This document shows, piece after piece, positions 46,212 to 55,151 of a DNA stretch of 62,297 bases. Each line of letters begins with the position of its first letter. Positions within the stretch are counted from its first letter, which is position 1. The position numbers and the translations under genes were made by a program. Where the stretch lies: the NCBI GenBank assembly GCA_003554785.1, contig PWHG01000084.1, positions 1 through 62,297 of the forward strand, in the 5' to 3' direction. The notes below the pieces were generated by a model. That model did not search any database. It saw only the letters and a program-made list of their open reading frames with translations, and was not told the origin of the DNA. The DNA is from Candidatus Falkowbacteria bacterium (lineage in GTDB: Bacteria; Patescibacteriota; Patescibacteriia; Patescibacteriales; UBA12465).

Positions 46212-46622
46212 TCAAATAACCAGATTTCCAAGAATTAACCAGAAAAAGATATTGTAGACGAGCGTACAGATCCCGACGACTAAAGAGGCGGTCGCGATGC
46301 CTTCTTTCGTGAGATTCTCATCATTCTTCGCCTGTGATCCGAGCACGATGCCGGCCACGGACATCGCCATATCCAAAAAAGGAACCGGCATGAAAAATGA
46401 GACGACCGCCAGGATGAACCCGGTAATCGCCTTGTTGTCGGCGGCGCTACTTCCCTGTTTTGAAGAGGGGGTTGCGGATTGGTCCCATTCAGTCTCATAC
46501 GCATCATAGGCACCCGATTCCGTCCCGGTTTTCTCTTTGCTCTGTGAAGCGCCGCAGTGCGGACAGAAGCGTACATCTTTGGAAACGTCGGCGCCACATT
46601 CTTTACATTGTCTGATTGCCAT
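46212..46622 (-). CDS. zinc-ribbon membrane protein (third copy of this architecture)
   Basis: I prefer the ATG at 46622 (MAIRQCKECGADVSKDVRFCPHCG) behind AAGGAG. Two C-terminal helices. The ORF track extends to 46853 without support. Confidence 0.7.
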   Translation of the reverse strand: MAIRQCKECGADVSKDVRFCPHCGASQSKEKTGTESGAYDAYETEWDQSATPSSKQGSSAADNKAITGFILAVVSFFMPVPFLDMAMSVAGIVLGSQAKNDENLTKEGIATASLVVGICTLVYNIFFWLILGNLVI

Positions 46623-46873
46623 GGAGTTCTCCTTCTCATCTTGGGTCGATGTACAAAATGATGCCGGCCGCATTCGGATGCGCGCCGGAGGTTTCATACA
46701 TCTAAGATTATACCCCGAACCGGCCATCAAGGCAATAGCCGCCCTTGGTTTCTTGTACGATGGTATTTTGGCGCCCAAGCAGGTTTTTACGGGTCCGGTT
46801 CCCATCAACCCTTTATTTGTGGGGGTGATTGCGATATAATGGATGTGACGCACTGTTTGAGCTGGAGGTTCTT

Positions 46874-47809
46874 ATGAAGTCATGCGAAAATGCCAGATGC
46901 GAACTGGATTACTGGGAGAAGGTCTACCCGATCCGCACCGGCTGGACCGATGATGAGAAATACAAGGTATGCGATGCGGACGGCCGCACCTTTTTTCTAC
47001 GTAAAGCCGTTCTCGGACGCTACGCCGATCTGAAGGGTGAAGCGCAGCTCATAAGGATGCTGAGGAAAAAGGGGATGCCCGTTGCGAAGGTCGAGGAAGT
47101 CGACACTTGTCCGGAGGCGGACAAGTGTTATCTTCTTTTGGAATGGATCGACGGCATCACGCTGGATAACGCCTTACCCCTGATGACCGAACAGGACCAG
47201 TATGAATCAGGTATCAAGGCCGGAAGACAGCTTCGCGAGCTGCACCGGATTCCACCTGAGATCGAAGCTTTCCCGCACCGCAACCTGAAAAAGAAAAAAA
47301 TGAACGAACTGAACGCCTATCTCGATTCTTCTGTTCGCATCGAGGGCGATGAAACCATTGTGAAACACATCAAGGACAATATCGATATCATCGGCAACGG
47401 CCCGGCGGTGATCGAACACAGCGACTACCATCCGGGAAACATGATTCTGAGACCTGATATGAGTCTGGCCATCATCGATTTCAACGGTTCCCATCTTGGC
47501 GATGCGTACGAGGAATTCTATAAACTCGAACTCTTCGTGATCCGCTTGAGCCGCCCTTATTGTCTCGGACAGATCCACGGTTATTTCAACGGTGATCCCC
47601 CGAAGGATTTCTGGCACGCCCACAGCGTCTATACCGCGCATGCGGCCCTTTATGGTTTCAAGTGGGCCGAGGACCACGGTAAGAAGGGCGCATGGGAGGA
47701 AGAAAGACGTAGATTGCGGCGAATCCTCAAAGACTACGACCATTTCCGCAGAATCATACCGGCCTGGTACATCCTCTTCGAGGACTACCGTAAACCAAAT
47801 GATGAATGA
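46874..47809 (+). CDS. APH/choline-kinase-family phosphotransferase
   Basis: The ATG at 46874 lies behind GGAGG. Catalytic loop HSDYHPGNMIL and IDFNGSHLGDAYEEF. Confidence 0.8.
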   Translation: MKSCENARCELDYWEKVYPIRTGWTDDEKYKVCDADGRTFFLRKAVLGRYADLKGEAQLIRMLRKKGMPVAKVEEVDTCPEADKCYLLLEWIDGITLDNALPLMTEQDQYESGIKAGRQLRELHRIPPEIEAFPHRNLKKKKMNELNAYLDSSVRIEGDETIVKHIKDNIDIIGNGPAVIEHSDYHPGNMILRPDMSLAIIDFNGSHLGDAYEEFYKLELFVIRLSRPYCLGQIHGYFNGDPPKDFWHAHSVYTAHAALYGFKWAEDHGKKGAWEEERRRLRRILKDYDHFRRIIPAWYILFEDYRKPNDE

Positions 47810-47831
47810 CAAAGCGGAATCTCAGTCCAAC

Positions 47832-47860
47832 AAAAACGCAGTTCGACGAACTGCGTTTTT
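47832..47860. terminator. bidirectional terminator
   Basis: AAAAACGCAGTTC / GAACTGCGTTTTT arms between convergent genes. Confidence 0.7.
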
Positions 47861-47862
47861 GT

Positions 47863-48648
47863 TTACTGCAAGGGCTTGGTGTGCTCCGCGAAACGGGAAA
47901 GAACTTCGAATCCATGGCGCCGGTAGAGTCTTAGGGCCCGCTCGTTGTCCGCTTCGACGCGCAGAAAGATCGTGTCATGGGTCTTGAAAAGGGCGGTTTT
48001 CGCTTCACTAAGGACCGAATCGCCAAAACCGAAGCCCTGATGCGACGGGTCGACGATCATATCGTGGATATAGGCGTCTTTCAGCAGATAGGCCGCGACA
48101 AGCCGGCCGGCCTTGGTGAAAAGACCTAGTTCGCCGGCATCCGAGGCTTTCCGGAAAAAAAGCGCATAGGCATCCTTGTTTGTGGAATAATGTTTTGTCC
48201 GGTAGGCGGCATCGAAAAGGGCGATAAGTCCTGCAAGGTTCTTTTCCTCATAGTCTTTGCGGGAAAGGATGGACCGCTTTTTATTGTGACGCTCCTTTTT
48301 CATCGTGAGAATGTAGCCTGTCATATCCGAGATAAACCCGTGGTCGGCCACGAGAGCGATGATTTCTTTGTTTTCACCGTACACATTGAAACAGATGGTC
48401 TCAGCGCTTGCATCAGAGTTTTCAAGCACACGCACGACTTGTTTGACGTCGGTGGGTCTTGTCTCGTTTGAATAGTAGAAGTGAATCGTGGTCCGCCCTT
48501 GTACGGCGGTGAGGAAGGTGGTGATGGAATCATCGATGATGACATCGACCATCCCATCCTCATAAGCACCGCGAACGAAGTCTTTCGCTCCCGGTGATAT
48601 TTTCATCATTCTTTTTAGAATGTCCGTATCTTTCATCTCGCACCTCAT
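47863..48648 (-). CDS. GNAT acetyltransferase with an N-terminal extension
   Basis: 261 aa. C-terminal DPSHQGFGFGDSVL...RALRLYRRHGF acetyl-CoA-binding pattern. Confidence 0.75.
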   Translation of the reverse strand: MRCEMKDTDILKRMMKISPGAKDFVRGAYEDGMVDVIIDDSITTFLTAVQGRTTIHFYYSNETRPTDVKQVVRVLENSDASAETICFNVYGENKEIIALVADHGFISDMTGYILTMKKERHNKKRSILSRKDYEEKNLAGLIALFDAAYRTKHYSTNKDAYALFFRKASDAGELGLFTKAGRLVAAYLLKDAYIHDMIVDPSHQGFGFGDSVLSEAKTALFKTHDTIFLRVEADNERALRLYRRHGFEVLSRFAEHTKPLQ

Positions 48649-48961
48649 CGGGACTGTGTCGGTTTTCGCATCCGGGGAGCGCTGATCATTTCAGGGCGCA
48701 GAGCGCTATCGGGAGCAGGAAGTCCACTACCTGTCTATCTTATCAAAGATTCGTCTTAAAAACCACTGAATTGTCGCACGTAAAAGGATGAGACGTAGAC
48801 CCGGCTCATGTCACACCGGTGATCAAGCGCAAAGTGGCGATCTGATCAACATGGACCCCGTTTCGCCGTTGTCTTTTTATAACACTTCAATAAGATTGAC
48901 TTATGAAGCGTTATCCTGTACACTTACGCTATGCATCCATGTCATAAAACCGAGGGTTCCC

Positions 48962-49582
48962 ATGCAAAAAGTTTTGACGATTCCCAACAGTCTGAGTCTT
49001 TCACGGCTTGTGTTTCTTCCGCTGCTTTATTTTTTCCTGTGGCGCGAACAGTTTTTGCTTTTTTTCGCTTCGTTCTCGGTTCTCGGATCCACCGATTTCC
49101 TGGATGGCTATCTCGCGCGAAAATGGAACCAGGTCAGCCGGGTCGGAAAAGCGCTTGATACCGTGGCCGATATGTTTTTCTATATATCCATCGCCTATTT
49201 CATCCATTATCTTCACCCCCAGGCGATTGTCTGGAACCGTTTCTTTCTGATGGCGGCTTTCGGCGCTTACGCACTCAGTTTCCTGATTCCGATCATCCTG
49301 TTCAAAAGACCCTACACCCTACACACCCGCATCCTTAGAAGCAATGCGGTCATGGTCTACTTCATGATGTTGTTTTCTTTCCTCATCAATCCCACCGCCT
49401 TGTTGAGTATTGTGCTGATCGTCTTTGTCATCGGCTTCATCGAAGAAATTTTCATCTTCCTTCGTTTCGGGGCGGTCGATCAGGACACAAGTTCATATTT
49501 CGTTTTGAGTCTCGAACGCAAACTCGAGCATTGGTTCATCGACAGACCGGTTTTCGGACGGATGAATGCGAAACGGAAGTAA
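48962..49582 (+). CDS. CDP-alcohol phosphatidyltransferase family protein
   Basis: I prefer the ATG at 48962 (MQKVLTIPNSLSLSRL). Contains the DGx2ARx8Gx3Dx3D motif in DFLDGYLARKWNQVSRVGKALDTVAD. Confidence 0.8.
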   Translation: MQKVLTIPNSLSLSRLVFLPLLYFFLWREQFLLFFASFSVLGSTDFLDGYLARKWNQVSRVGKALDTVADMFFYISIAYFIHYLHPQAIVWNRFFLMAAFGAYALSFLIPIILFKRPYTLHTRILRSNAVMVYFMMLFSFLINPTALLSIVLIVFVIGFIEEIFIFLRFGAVDQDTSSYFVLSLERKLEHWFIDRPVFGRMNAKRK

Positions 49583-49623
49583 CAGGTTCGTTCTTTCAAG
49601 ATACACATCCATCTGATGACTGA

Positions 49624-49680
49624 TTCCCCTTAAGATGTGCGGATAAGTTTTTTCGGCATCTTCAAGGGGATTTTCTTATG
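49624..49680 (+). terminator. terminator after the phosphatidyltransferase gene
   Basis: Imperfect 13-bp stem TCCCCTTAAGATG / CATCTTCAAGGGGA (one bulge), followed by TTTTCTT. Confidence 0.5.
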
Positions 49681-49756
49681 AAGACAGTGCACAATCGAAA
49701 AAAAACGGGCGACTTTGCGGAGTTCCTGTTTCCTTTGTCTTTTGGGTGAATGAAAA

Positions 49757-49782
49757 AAACAACTTCCCGCGGGAAGTTGTTT
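49757..49782. terminator. strong palindromic terminator
   Basis: AAACAACTTCCCG / CGGGAAGTTGTTT. An A7 run precedes it and T-rich sequence follows, so it has a U7 tail on the minus strand. Confidence 0.6.
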
Positions 49783-50012
49783 TCAGTTTCGATAAAGACG
49801 ATGAAGAAATACGGTTATTGTAACGAGGCGGGCACAGACGTCATTCTACATCGGACACCGAAGATAAACCACTCAAAGATCCGGACAGAATGCTTGAAAA
49901 GCCGGGTCCACCGCCTTGTTTGTAATCAACGGGGCGTCTTTCATGATCTCATCCAGTGTGCGCGCTTATTGGGTGATAGGGATTATATAGGTCCATGGCT
50001 GCGTACGGCTGG

Positions 50013-50765
50013 TCAGTCCTCGTCGAGGATGAAATTCACCATGTGTGCTTTTATCAAGGCATGTTGTTCATGGACACGGATGGTGGCTTCCTTATCACCG
50101 CGTTGGCTGCCATAGTAACCGAACTGCGCGTGGTTGCCGCCTTCAATGACACGGTGCAGGGCCGTAGACGGAAGCTGCGTCTTTCTTTCCTCAAAAGCCT
50201 GCCGGTCGATGACGCCATCACGGCTGGCGGTGATGGTCAGCACGGGAAGCGACGTTTCCGAAAGATCGACACCGGCTGGGACGTAAGCCGCAAGCAAGAT
50301 GAGACCGCTCAGTTCACCGGGGTGATTTTCTGCCACATAGGCGGCGCTCGCGCCGCCGAGTGAGTGACCGGCCAGATACCAGGGAAGCCCGTCTTCCTTC
50401 TCGTATTCCAAAAAGGCATGGCGGTTTAAAATCGCCAGATTGAAAGGCATCCTTTGGATATGGACATTCACACCGTGTCTTGCGATGCGATCGGCGAGAT
50501 AAAGATAGCTCTCAGCCTCCACAAGCGCACCGGGGTAGATGACAAGATTGGCCTTCGGGTCATCCGCGGCGACAAGTAGATAGCCGTCTTCTTCACGCAC
50601 GTCCATGGTGAGAAGGTCCTTCATGTTATCTTCTGGGCCTCTTGCAAGAAGACGGAGGGTAATCGGAACGAGCAACAGAAGCAAACCGAGCAAAACCCCG
50701 GCGATGATCAACACTCTTTTTACCGCGACACCCTTTTCTTTGTTCGAGGGCCGGGCGGAATCCAT
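50013..50765 (-). CDS. membrane-anchored alpha/beta hydrolase
   Basis: I prefer the ATG at 50765 (MDSARPSNKEK...) behind AGGTGAGG. N-terminal TM segment. GHSLGGASAAY nucleophile elbow. Confidence 0.75.
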   Translation of the reverse strand: MDSARPSNKEKGVAVKRVLIIAGVLLGLLLLLVPITLRLLARGPEDNMKDLLTMDVREEDGYLLVAADDPKANLVIYPGALVEAESYLYLADRIARHGVNVHIQRMPFNLAILNRHAFLEYEKEDGLPWYLAGHSLGGASAAYVAENHPGELSGLILLAAYVPAGVDLSETSLPVLTITASRDGVIDRQAFEERKTQLPSTALHRVIEGGNHAQFGYYGSQRGDKEATIRVHEQHALIKAHMVNFILDED

Positions 50766-50772
50766 AGGCACC

Positions 50773-51549
50773 TCACCTTTTTTCTGTGACATAAAGCAGA
50801 TGATGGCTCGCACCGAGGAATTCCGGTTTTTCCCGCAGATAGCGGTGGAAATTGAACCATGCATCGAACTTTTCAGGCGTGAGGCCGTCTATTTCCGTGC
50901 GCAGGAGTTCGGCGAAACCGTCGGTGGCCACATGCCTTATCGCCTCGAGACCGAGCGATGTGAACATTGCCGTCACGTGGTCGGTACTCATGACGGTGAA
51001 GGGCTCATCGACGACTTTGAAGCTTTCCTTGTCATAAAACCTTTTCTCATCACCGAGAAGAAACGCCGGGGTGTATTTCAGCGCTTCGGTGATGAAGACC
51101 ATGTCGTTGTTGATATAGGCGAAAAAGGCATGACCGCCTTTTTTGAGGACACGCATGCTTTCTTTGATCGCTTTGATGCGGTCCTTCTCATCGGGCAGAT
51201 GATAAAGCGGACCCAGATTCAATACGAGATCGAAGCGGTTGTCTTCGAACATCGAAAGGTCGAGCGCGTTCCCTAAAACAGGCGTGAGTGTCATCTTGTC
51301 CGTCATTTTTGATTCGAGGGTCCGCAGATTCTTCTTCACAAGCTCCACCGCGGTCACCTTGTGACCGAGTTCGGCCAGCGCCAGAGAATAGATTCCGGTT
51401 CCCGCACCGACTTCGAGAATCTCCGAGGAATCATGCAGATAATCGCCGATCACTTCCATCGTGCTCAGAAATTCGACCTTGCTCGAATGGGAATGATTGA
51501 GTCTTCTGTACTCATCGAATACGTCTGTGTAGAGTTTCTTGATATCCAT
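50773..51549 (-). CDS. class I SAM-dependent methyltransferase
   Basis: ILEVGAGTGIYSLALAELGHKVTAVE motif I/II. The ATG at 51549 lies 8 nt after GGAG. Confidence 0.8.
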   Translation of the reverse strand: MDIKKLYTDVFDEYRRLNHSHSSKVEFLSTMEVIGDYLHDSSEILEVGAGTGIYSLALAELGHKVTAVELVKKNLRTLESKMTDKMTLTPVLGNALDLSMFEDNRFDLVLNLGPLYHLPDEKDRIKAIKESMRVLKKGGHAFFAYINNDMVFITEALKYTPAFLLGDEKRFYDKESFKVVDEPFTVMSTDHVTAMFTSLGLEAIRHVATDGFAELLRTEIDGLTPEKFDAWFNFHRYLREKPEFLGASHHLLYVTEKR

Positions 51550-51717
51550 ATCACACACTCCATCCTTTTTATCATAAGACCCATCATATCACAGGCGGGT
51601 GTGGATTCTACCTTGTGAAAGAAATCATGAACCCTCGATCAGACGCTTTGTCGCGTAACGGAATCACTTTGTGATAAAGGCTTTCGAGCTGGTCCTATGA
51701 AGATTGTGTTTTTGATC

Positions 51718-52713
51718 CTATGCGTTTAAAATCCTGTCGATCGCATCCAGTTCGTCTTTTGAAAACGACAGGTTCTCAAGCGCCTCGAGATTGTTTTCAA
51801 GCTGTGAAAGTTTCGAAACACCGATCAGGACCGAGGTGATTCCTTTTTGGACGCAGGTCCAGGCGATGGCCATCTGCGCAAGGGATTGACCCCGTTTTTC
51901 CGCGATGGTCTGAAGTTTCTTCAGTTTGTCGCGAAGATCCTCGGTGATGTTGTCTTCGCTCAAAAACCAGACATCGGGATCGGCGACACGGGAGTCCTCA
52001 GGAATTTTGTCGATGTATTTACCGGTCAAAAGACCTTGCGAGAGGATGCTGAAAGGGATGATGCCAACGCCCTCATCAATCATCGCATCCGCGAGTCCTT
52101 CGGTCTGGACCCAGCGGTCGAGCATGCTGAAATGCGGCTGGGTAATGAGCATCTTTACACCGTGACCGCGCAGGATTTTGATGGCCCTTCTCGCGCGTTC
52201 GGCGGGATAGTTGCTGATGCCGACATAAAGGGCTTTGCCTTGTTTCACGATGTCGGCGAGCGCCTTCATGGTCTCTTCAAGCGGGGTGTCGTAATCGGGA
52301 CGGTGATGATAGAAGATATCCACATAATCAAGGTTTAGTCGCTCAAGGGACTGATCGATCGAAGCCATGAGGTGCTTGCGGCTCCCGAGATCGCCGTAGG
52401 GGCCTTCCCACATGCCGAAGCCCGCTTTGGTCGAGATGATCAGCTCATCTCGGTAAGGCGCGAGGTCCTCGCGCATGATTCTACCGAAATTGCGCTCCGC
52501 GCTGCCGGCGGGGCGGCCATAGTTGTTCGCGAGGTCGAAATGGGTGATGCCGTTGTCGAACGCTTTCAGGATGATTTTTCTGACTTCCTCATACGGTTTT
52601 TCCTCACCGAAGTTCTGCCACAGACCCAGTGACAGCTGCGGGAGTTTGAGGCCGCTTCTGCCCACGCGGTTGTAGGGCATTTTTTCATAACGGTCTTTTG
52701 CGGGTTTATCCAT
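51718..52713 (-). CDS. aldo/keto reductase (YghZ/Kv-beta-like)
   Basis: 331 aa. LGLWQNFG, HFDLANNYG and ISTKAG motifs. Confidence 0.85.
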   Translation of the reverse strand: MDKPAKDRYEKMPYNRVGRSGLKLPQLSLGLWQNFGEEKPYEEVRKIILKAFDNGITHFDLANNYGRPAGSAERNFGRIMREDLAPYRDELIISTKAGFGMWEGPYGDLGSRKHLMASIDQSLERLNLDYVDIFYHHRPDYDTPLEETMKALADIVKQGKALYVGISNYPAERARRAIKILRGHGVKMLITQPHFSMLDRWVQTEGLADAMIDEGVGIIPFSILSQGLLTGKYIDKIPEDSRVADPDVWFLSEDNITEDLRDKLKKLQTIAEKRGQSLAQMAIAWTCVQKGITSVLIGVSKLSQLENNLEALENLSFSKDELDAIDRILNA

Positions 52714-54913
52714 TGAAATCCTCCTTCAATTTGCTGATGATGGCTTGCATATCCTCTTCACTGATGGCCTTGTGACGCTTGTAGCGATCAAGGATCCGCC
52801 AGATGGGTTCTTCCGTCTCGTGCCAGCGTAGCGGTCTATAATTTTTTTCGATATACTCGTGCCACTGCGGGAGATATAGTTCCAGAAACTTGACGGGGTA
52901 ATCAAGCGTGATCGGCGGACGGTAGGTGTCTTGTTTCGTGATGGAAACCGTCTTCGTGCCGTGGATTTCCCGGCTGTGGCGCGCGACGCTTATCTCGTAG
53001 TCGCCGTTATAGACCACGAAGTCGTGCCTGGTTTCGTCATAGGTCTCAAACGCTTCAAGCGGCAAGGTGATCCGGACTTTCTCGGTCTTTTTCGCGGCCA
53101 CCAGAACCTTCTCGAACGCTCTTAGTTCCTTGAGCGGTTTGACCAATGTCTCGATGCGGGTTGTGACATAGACCTGGACGGTCTCGTAGGCATCGATATC
53201 GCTTTTGTTTTCCAAGACGACCTCGATGCGTACGAACGCTTGAGCATCCGGTTCGTTGATTTTCCAGTCGATGGTCTTATAGGCGATATCGGCATAGCTC
53301 AGACCGTAGCCGAAGGGATAGAGCACTTCGTAATCATGGGTGTCGTAGTGACGGTAGCCGTTCATGATTAAATCCTTGTGATAATCGACGCTGATGAGCG
53401 GCGGGAAGGTGGCGTAGTGCGGCGTGTTTTTCAGTTTCAAAGGGAAGGTTTCCTGCAGGCGGCCGCTCGGACTTGTTTTGCCGGTGATGATATCCAAAAC
53501 CGCGTTGGCGGCCGCCCCGCCCAAGAACCATGTCTCGAGCATCGCCCGGCTGTGCGCTCTTAGTTCGCGCAGATCGAGCGCACTGCCGTTGCTTAAGATG
53601 ACCACGATGTTCCTGTTGGCTTTTCTGATCGCATCGAAGACCTCGAGATGCCCTTGCGGCAACATCATGTGGTCGCGGTCCTTGCCTTCGGTCTCGATCG
53701 TTTCGGTGGTGCCGGTGAAGAAAAAGACGGTGTCGCTCTCGCGTGCCACATCGACCGCTTCGTCAATGAGCGTTTCGGATGTGTCATTTTCGTGATAGCC
53801 GTCCGCATACGCATGATTTTCAAAGATTTTCGAGAATTCGATCAGCGGCACTTCCTGTTTGTAGGGTTGCACGGTGGAACTGCCGCCGCCGTTGATTCTC
53901 GGTTCCTTGGCGAATTTGCCGATGATGCCGATTTTCTGTTCCTTATCCTTCACAGGGAGGATGCCGTCGTTTTCAAGCAGGACGATGGCCTCGCTTGCGA
54001 CTTGGCGGGCAAACGCATGGTGTTCGTCCAGGTCGATCGTCTTCAACCGCTTGATCGGCTTCACTTTCTCGTGCAGAGCGAACAGGGGTTCCAAACTCTT
54101 GTCGAGGGCTTCTTCTGTCAGCGTGCCTTCCTGCAAAGCGTCTTTCACCTGGTCTTCAAAGTGCGACGGCCCGGGCATTTCGATGTTCATGCCGTTTTTG
54201 ATCGATTTGACCTTGTCCTGGACCGCGCCCCAGTCCGACACCACGACGCCGCGATAGCCCCACCGCTCGCGCAGCACATCCTGAAGCAGATAGGCCGATT
54301 CCGAGGCGTAATCGCCGTTTAGTTTATTATAGCTGCTCATCACCATCCAGGGGTTTTCCTTTTTGATGACATGATAAAACGGATAGAGATACATCTCATG
54401 CATCGTCCGTTCATCGATTCTGACGTCCACGAAACGGCGCATGGTCTCTTGTTCATTCAGACCGTAATGCTTGATGCAGGCACCGACGTTCTCACTTTGT
54501 ACGCCTCTGACGAAGGCCTGTCCCATTTCGCTGGTCAGGAAAGGGTCTTCACTGTAGTATTCGAAATTACGACCGCCTAGCGGGCTTCGTTTCAGGTTCA
54601 TCCCCGGCGCGAGCAGGACATCGACCTGATGATGGCGGCATTCCTTTCCGATGGTGCGCCCGACATTTTCAATCAGGCGCCGGTTCCAAGTCGAGCCCAT
54701 GGCCGAGGCGCAGGGGAAAAGGGTCGCCGGTTCCAAGTAGCGCTTGCTCAGAAAATCGCCATCCTTCACAGGCTTCGCATAGACACGCACACCATGTGGG
54801 CCGTCCGCCACATTGATGCGCCGCCCTTCCACATGCTCACTTTCAAAAAAATGCCAGTTGCCCTGACCACTCGTCAGTTTTACTTTTTCTTCCAACGGTA
54901 TCTTCTTCATCAT
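52706..54913 (-). CDS. GH3 beta-glucosidase (BglX-like), cytoplasmic
   Basis: 735 aa. GVVVSDWGA nucleophile motif and KHYGLNEQE. Overlaps the AKR gene by 8 nt. Confidence 0.85.
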   Translation of the reverse strand: MMKKIPLEEKVKLTSGQGNWHFFESEHVEGRRINVADGPHGVRVYAKPVKDGDFLSKRYLEPATLFPCASAMGSTWNRRLIENVGRTIGKECRHHQVDVLLAPGMNLKRSPLGGRNFEYYSEDPFLTSEMGQAFVRGVQSENVGACIKHYGLNEQETMRRFVDVRIDERTMHEMYLYPFYHVIKKENPWMVMSSYNKLNGDYASESAYLLQDVLRERWGYRGVVVSDWGAVQDKVKSIKNGMNIEMPGPSHFEDQVKDALQEGTLTEEALDKSLEPLFALHEKVKPIKRLKTIDLDEHHAFARQVASEAIVLLENDGILPVKDKEQKIGIIGKFAKEPRINGGGSSTVQPYKQEVPLIEFSKIFENHAYADGYHENDTSETLIDEAVDVARESDTVFFFTGTTETIETEGKDRDHMMLPQGHLEVFDAIRKANRNIVVILSNGSALDLRELRAHSRAMLETWFLGGAAANAVLDIITGKTSPSGRLQETFPLKLKNTPHYATFPPLISVDYHKDLIMNGYRHYDTHDYEVLYPFGYGLSYADIAYKTIDWKINEPDAQAFVRIEVVLENKSDIDAYETVQVYVTTRIETLVKPLKELRAFEKVLVAAKKTEKVRITLPLEAFETYDETRHDFVVYNGDYEISVARHSREIHGTKTVSITKQDTYRPPITLDYPVKFLELYLPQWHEYIEKNYRPLRWHETEEPIWRILDRYKRHKAISEEDMQAIISKLKEDFNG

Positions 54914-55063
54914 TACCTCACCTTTCGAGTTACTAAAACGATTTCGTTCTTATTATATCACAGAAATGTTTAATAAATAATCCCCACATTGGCTTTTGTC
55001 GGGTTTCTTTCTGTTGATATACAATACATGTAAAACCTCCTCTCAATACCTTTATATAACAAA

Positions 55064-55100
55064 AGTAGAGCTATGCAAATACATAACTCTACTCTTTTTT
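55064..55100. terminator. possible terminator downstream of the GLUG-repeat gene
   Basis: AGTAGAG / CTCTACT arms (7 bp), 16-nt loop, T6 on the plus side and TTTGTT on the minus side. Confidence 0.3.
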
Positions 55101-55151
55101 ATTATACTGTCCGTTTTAATCAAATACTTTCTTTAATCAGCCCTTTTATTT

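Noticed and set aside
49750-50363. Plus-strand ORFs 49750..50115 and 49995..50363.
   Set aside because: The first begins inside a terminator palindrome. Both overlap the well-supported hydrolase gene in antisense, and neither has a motif.
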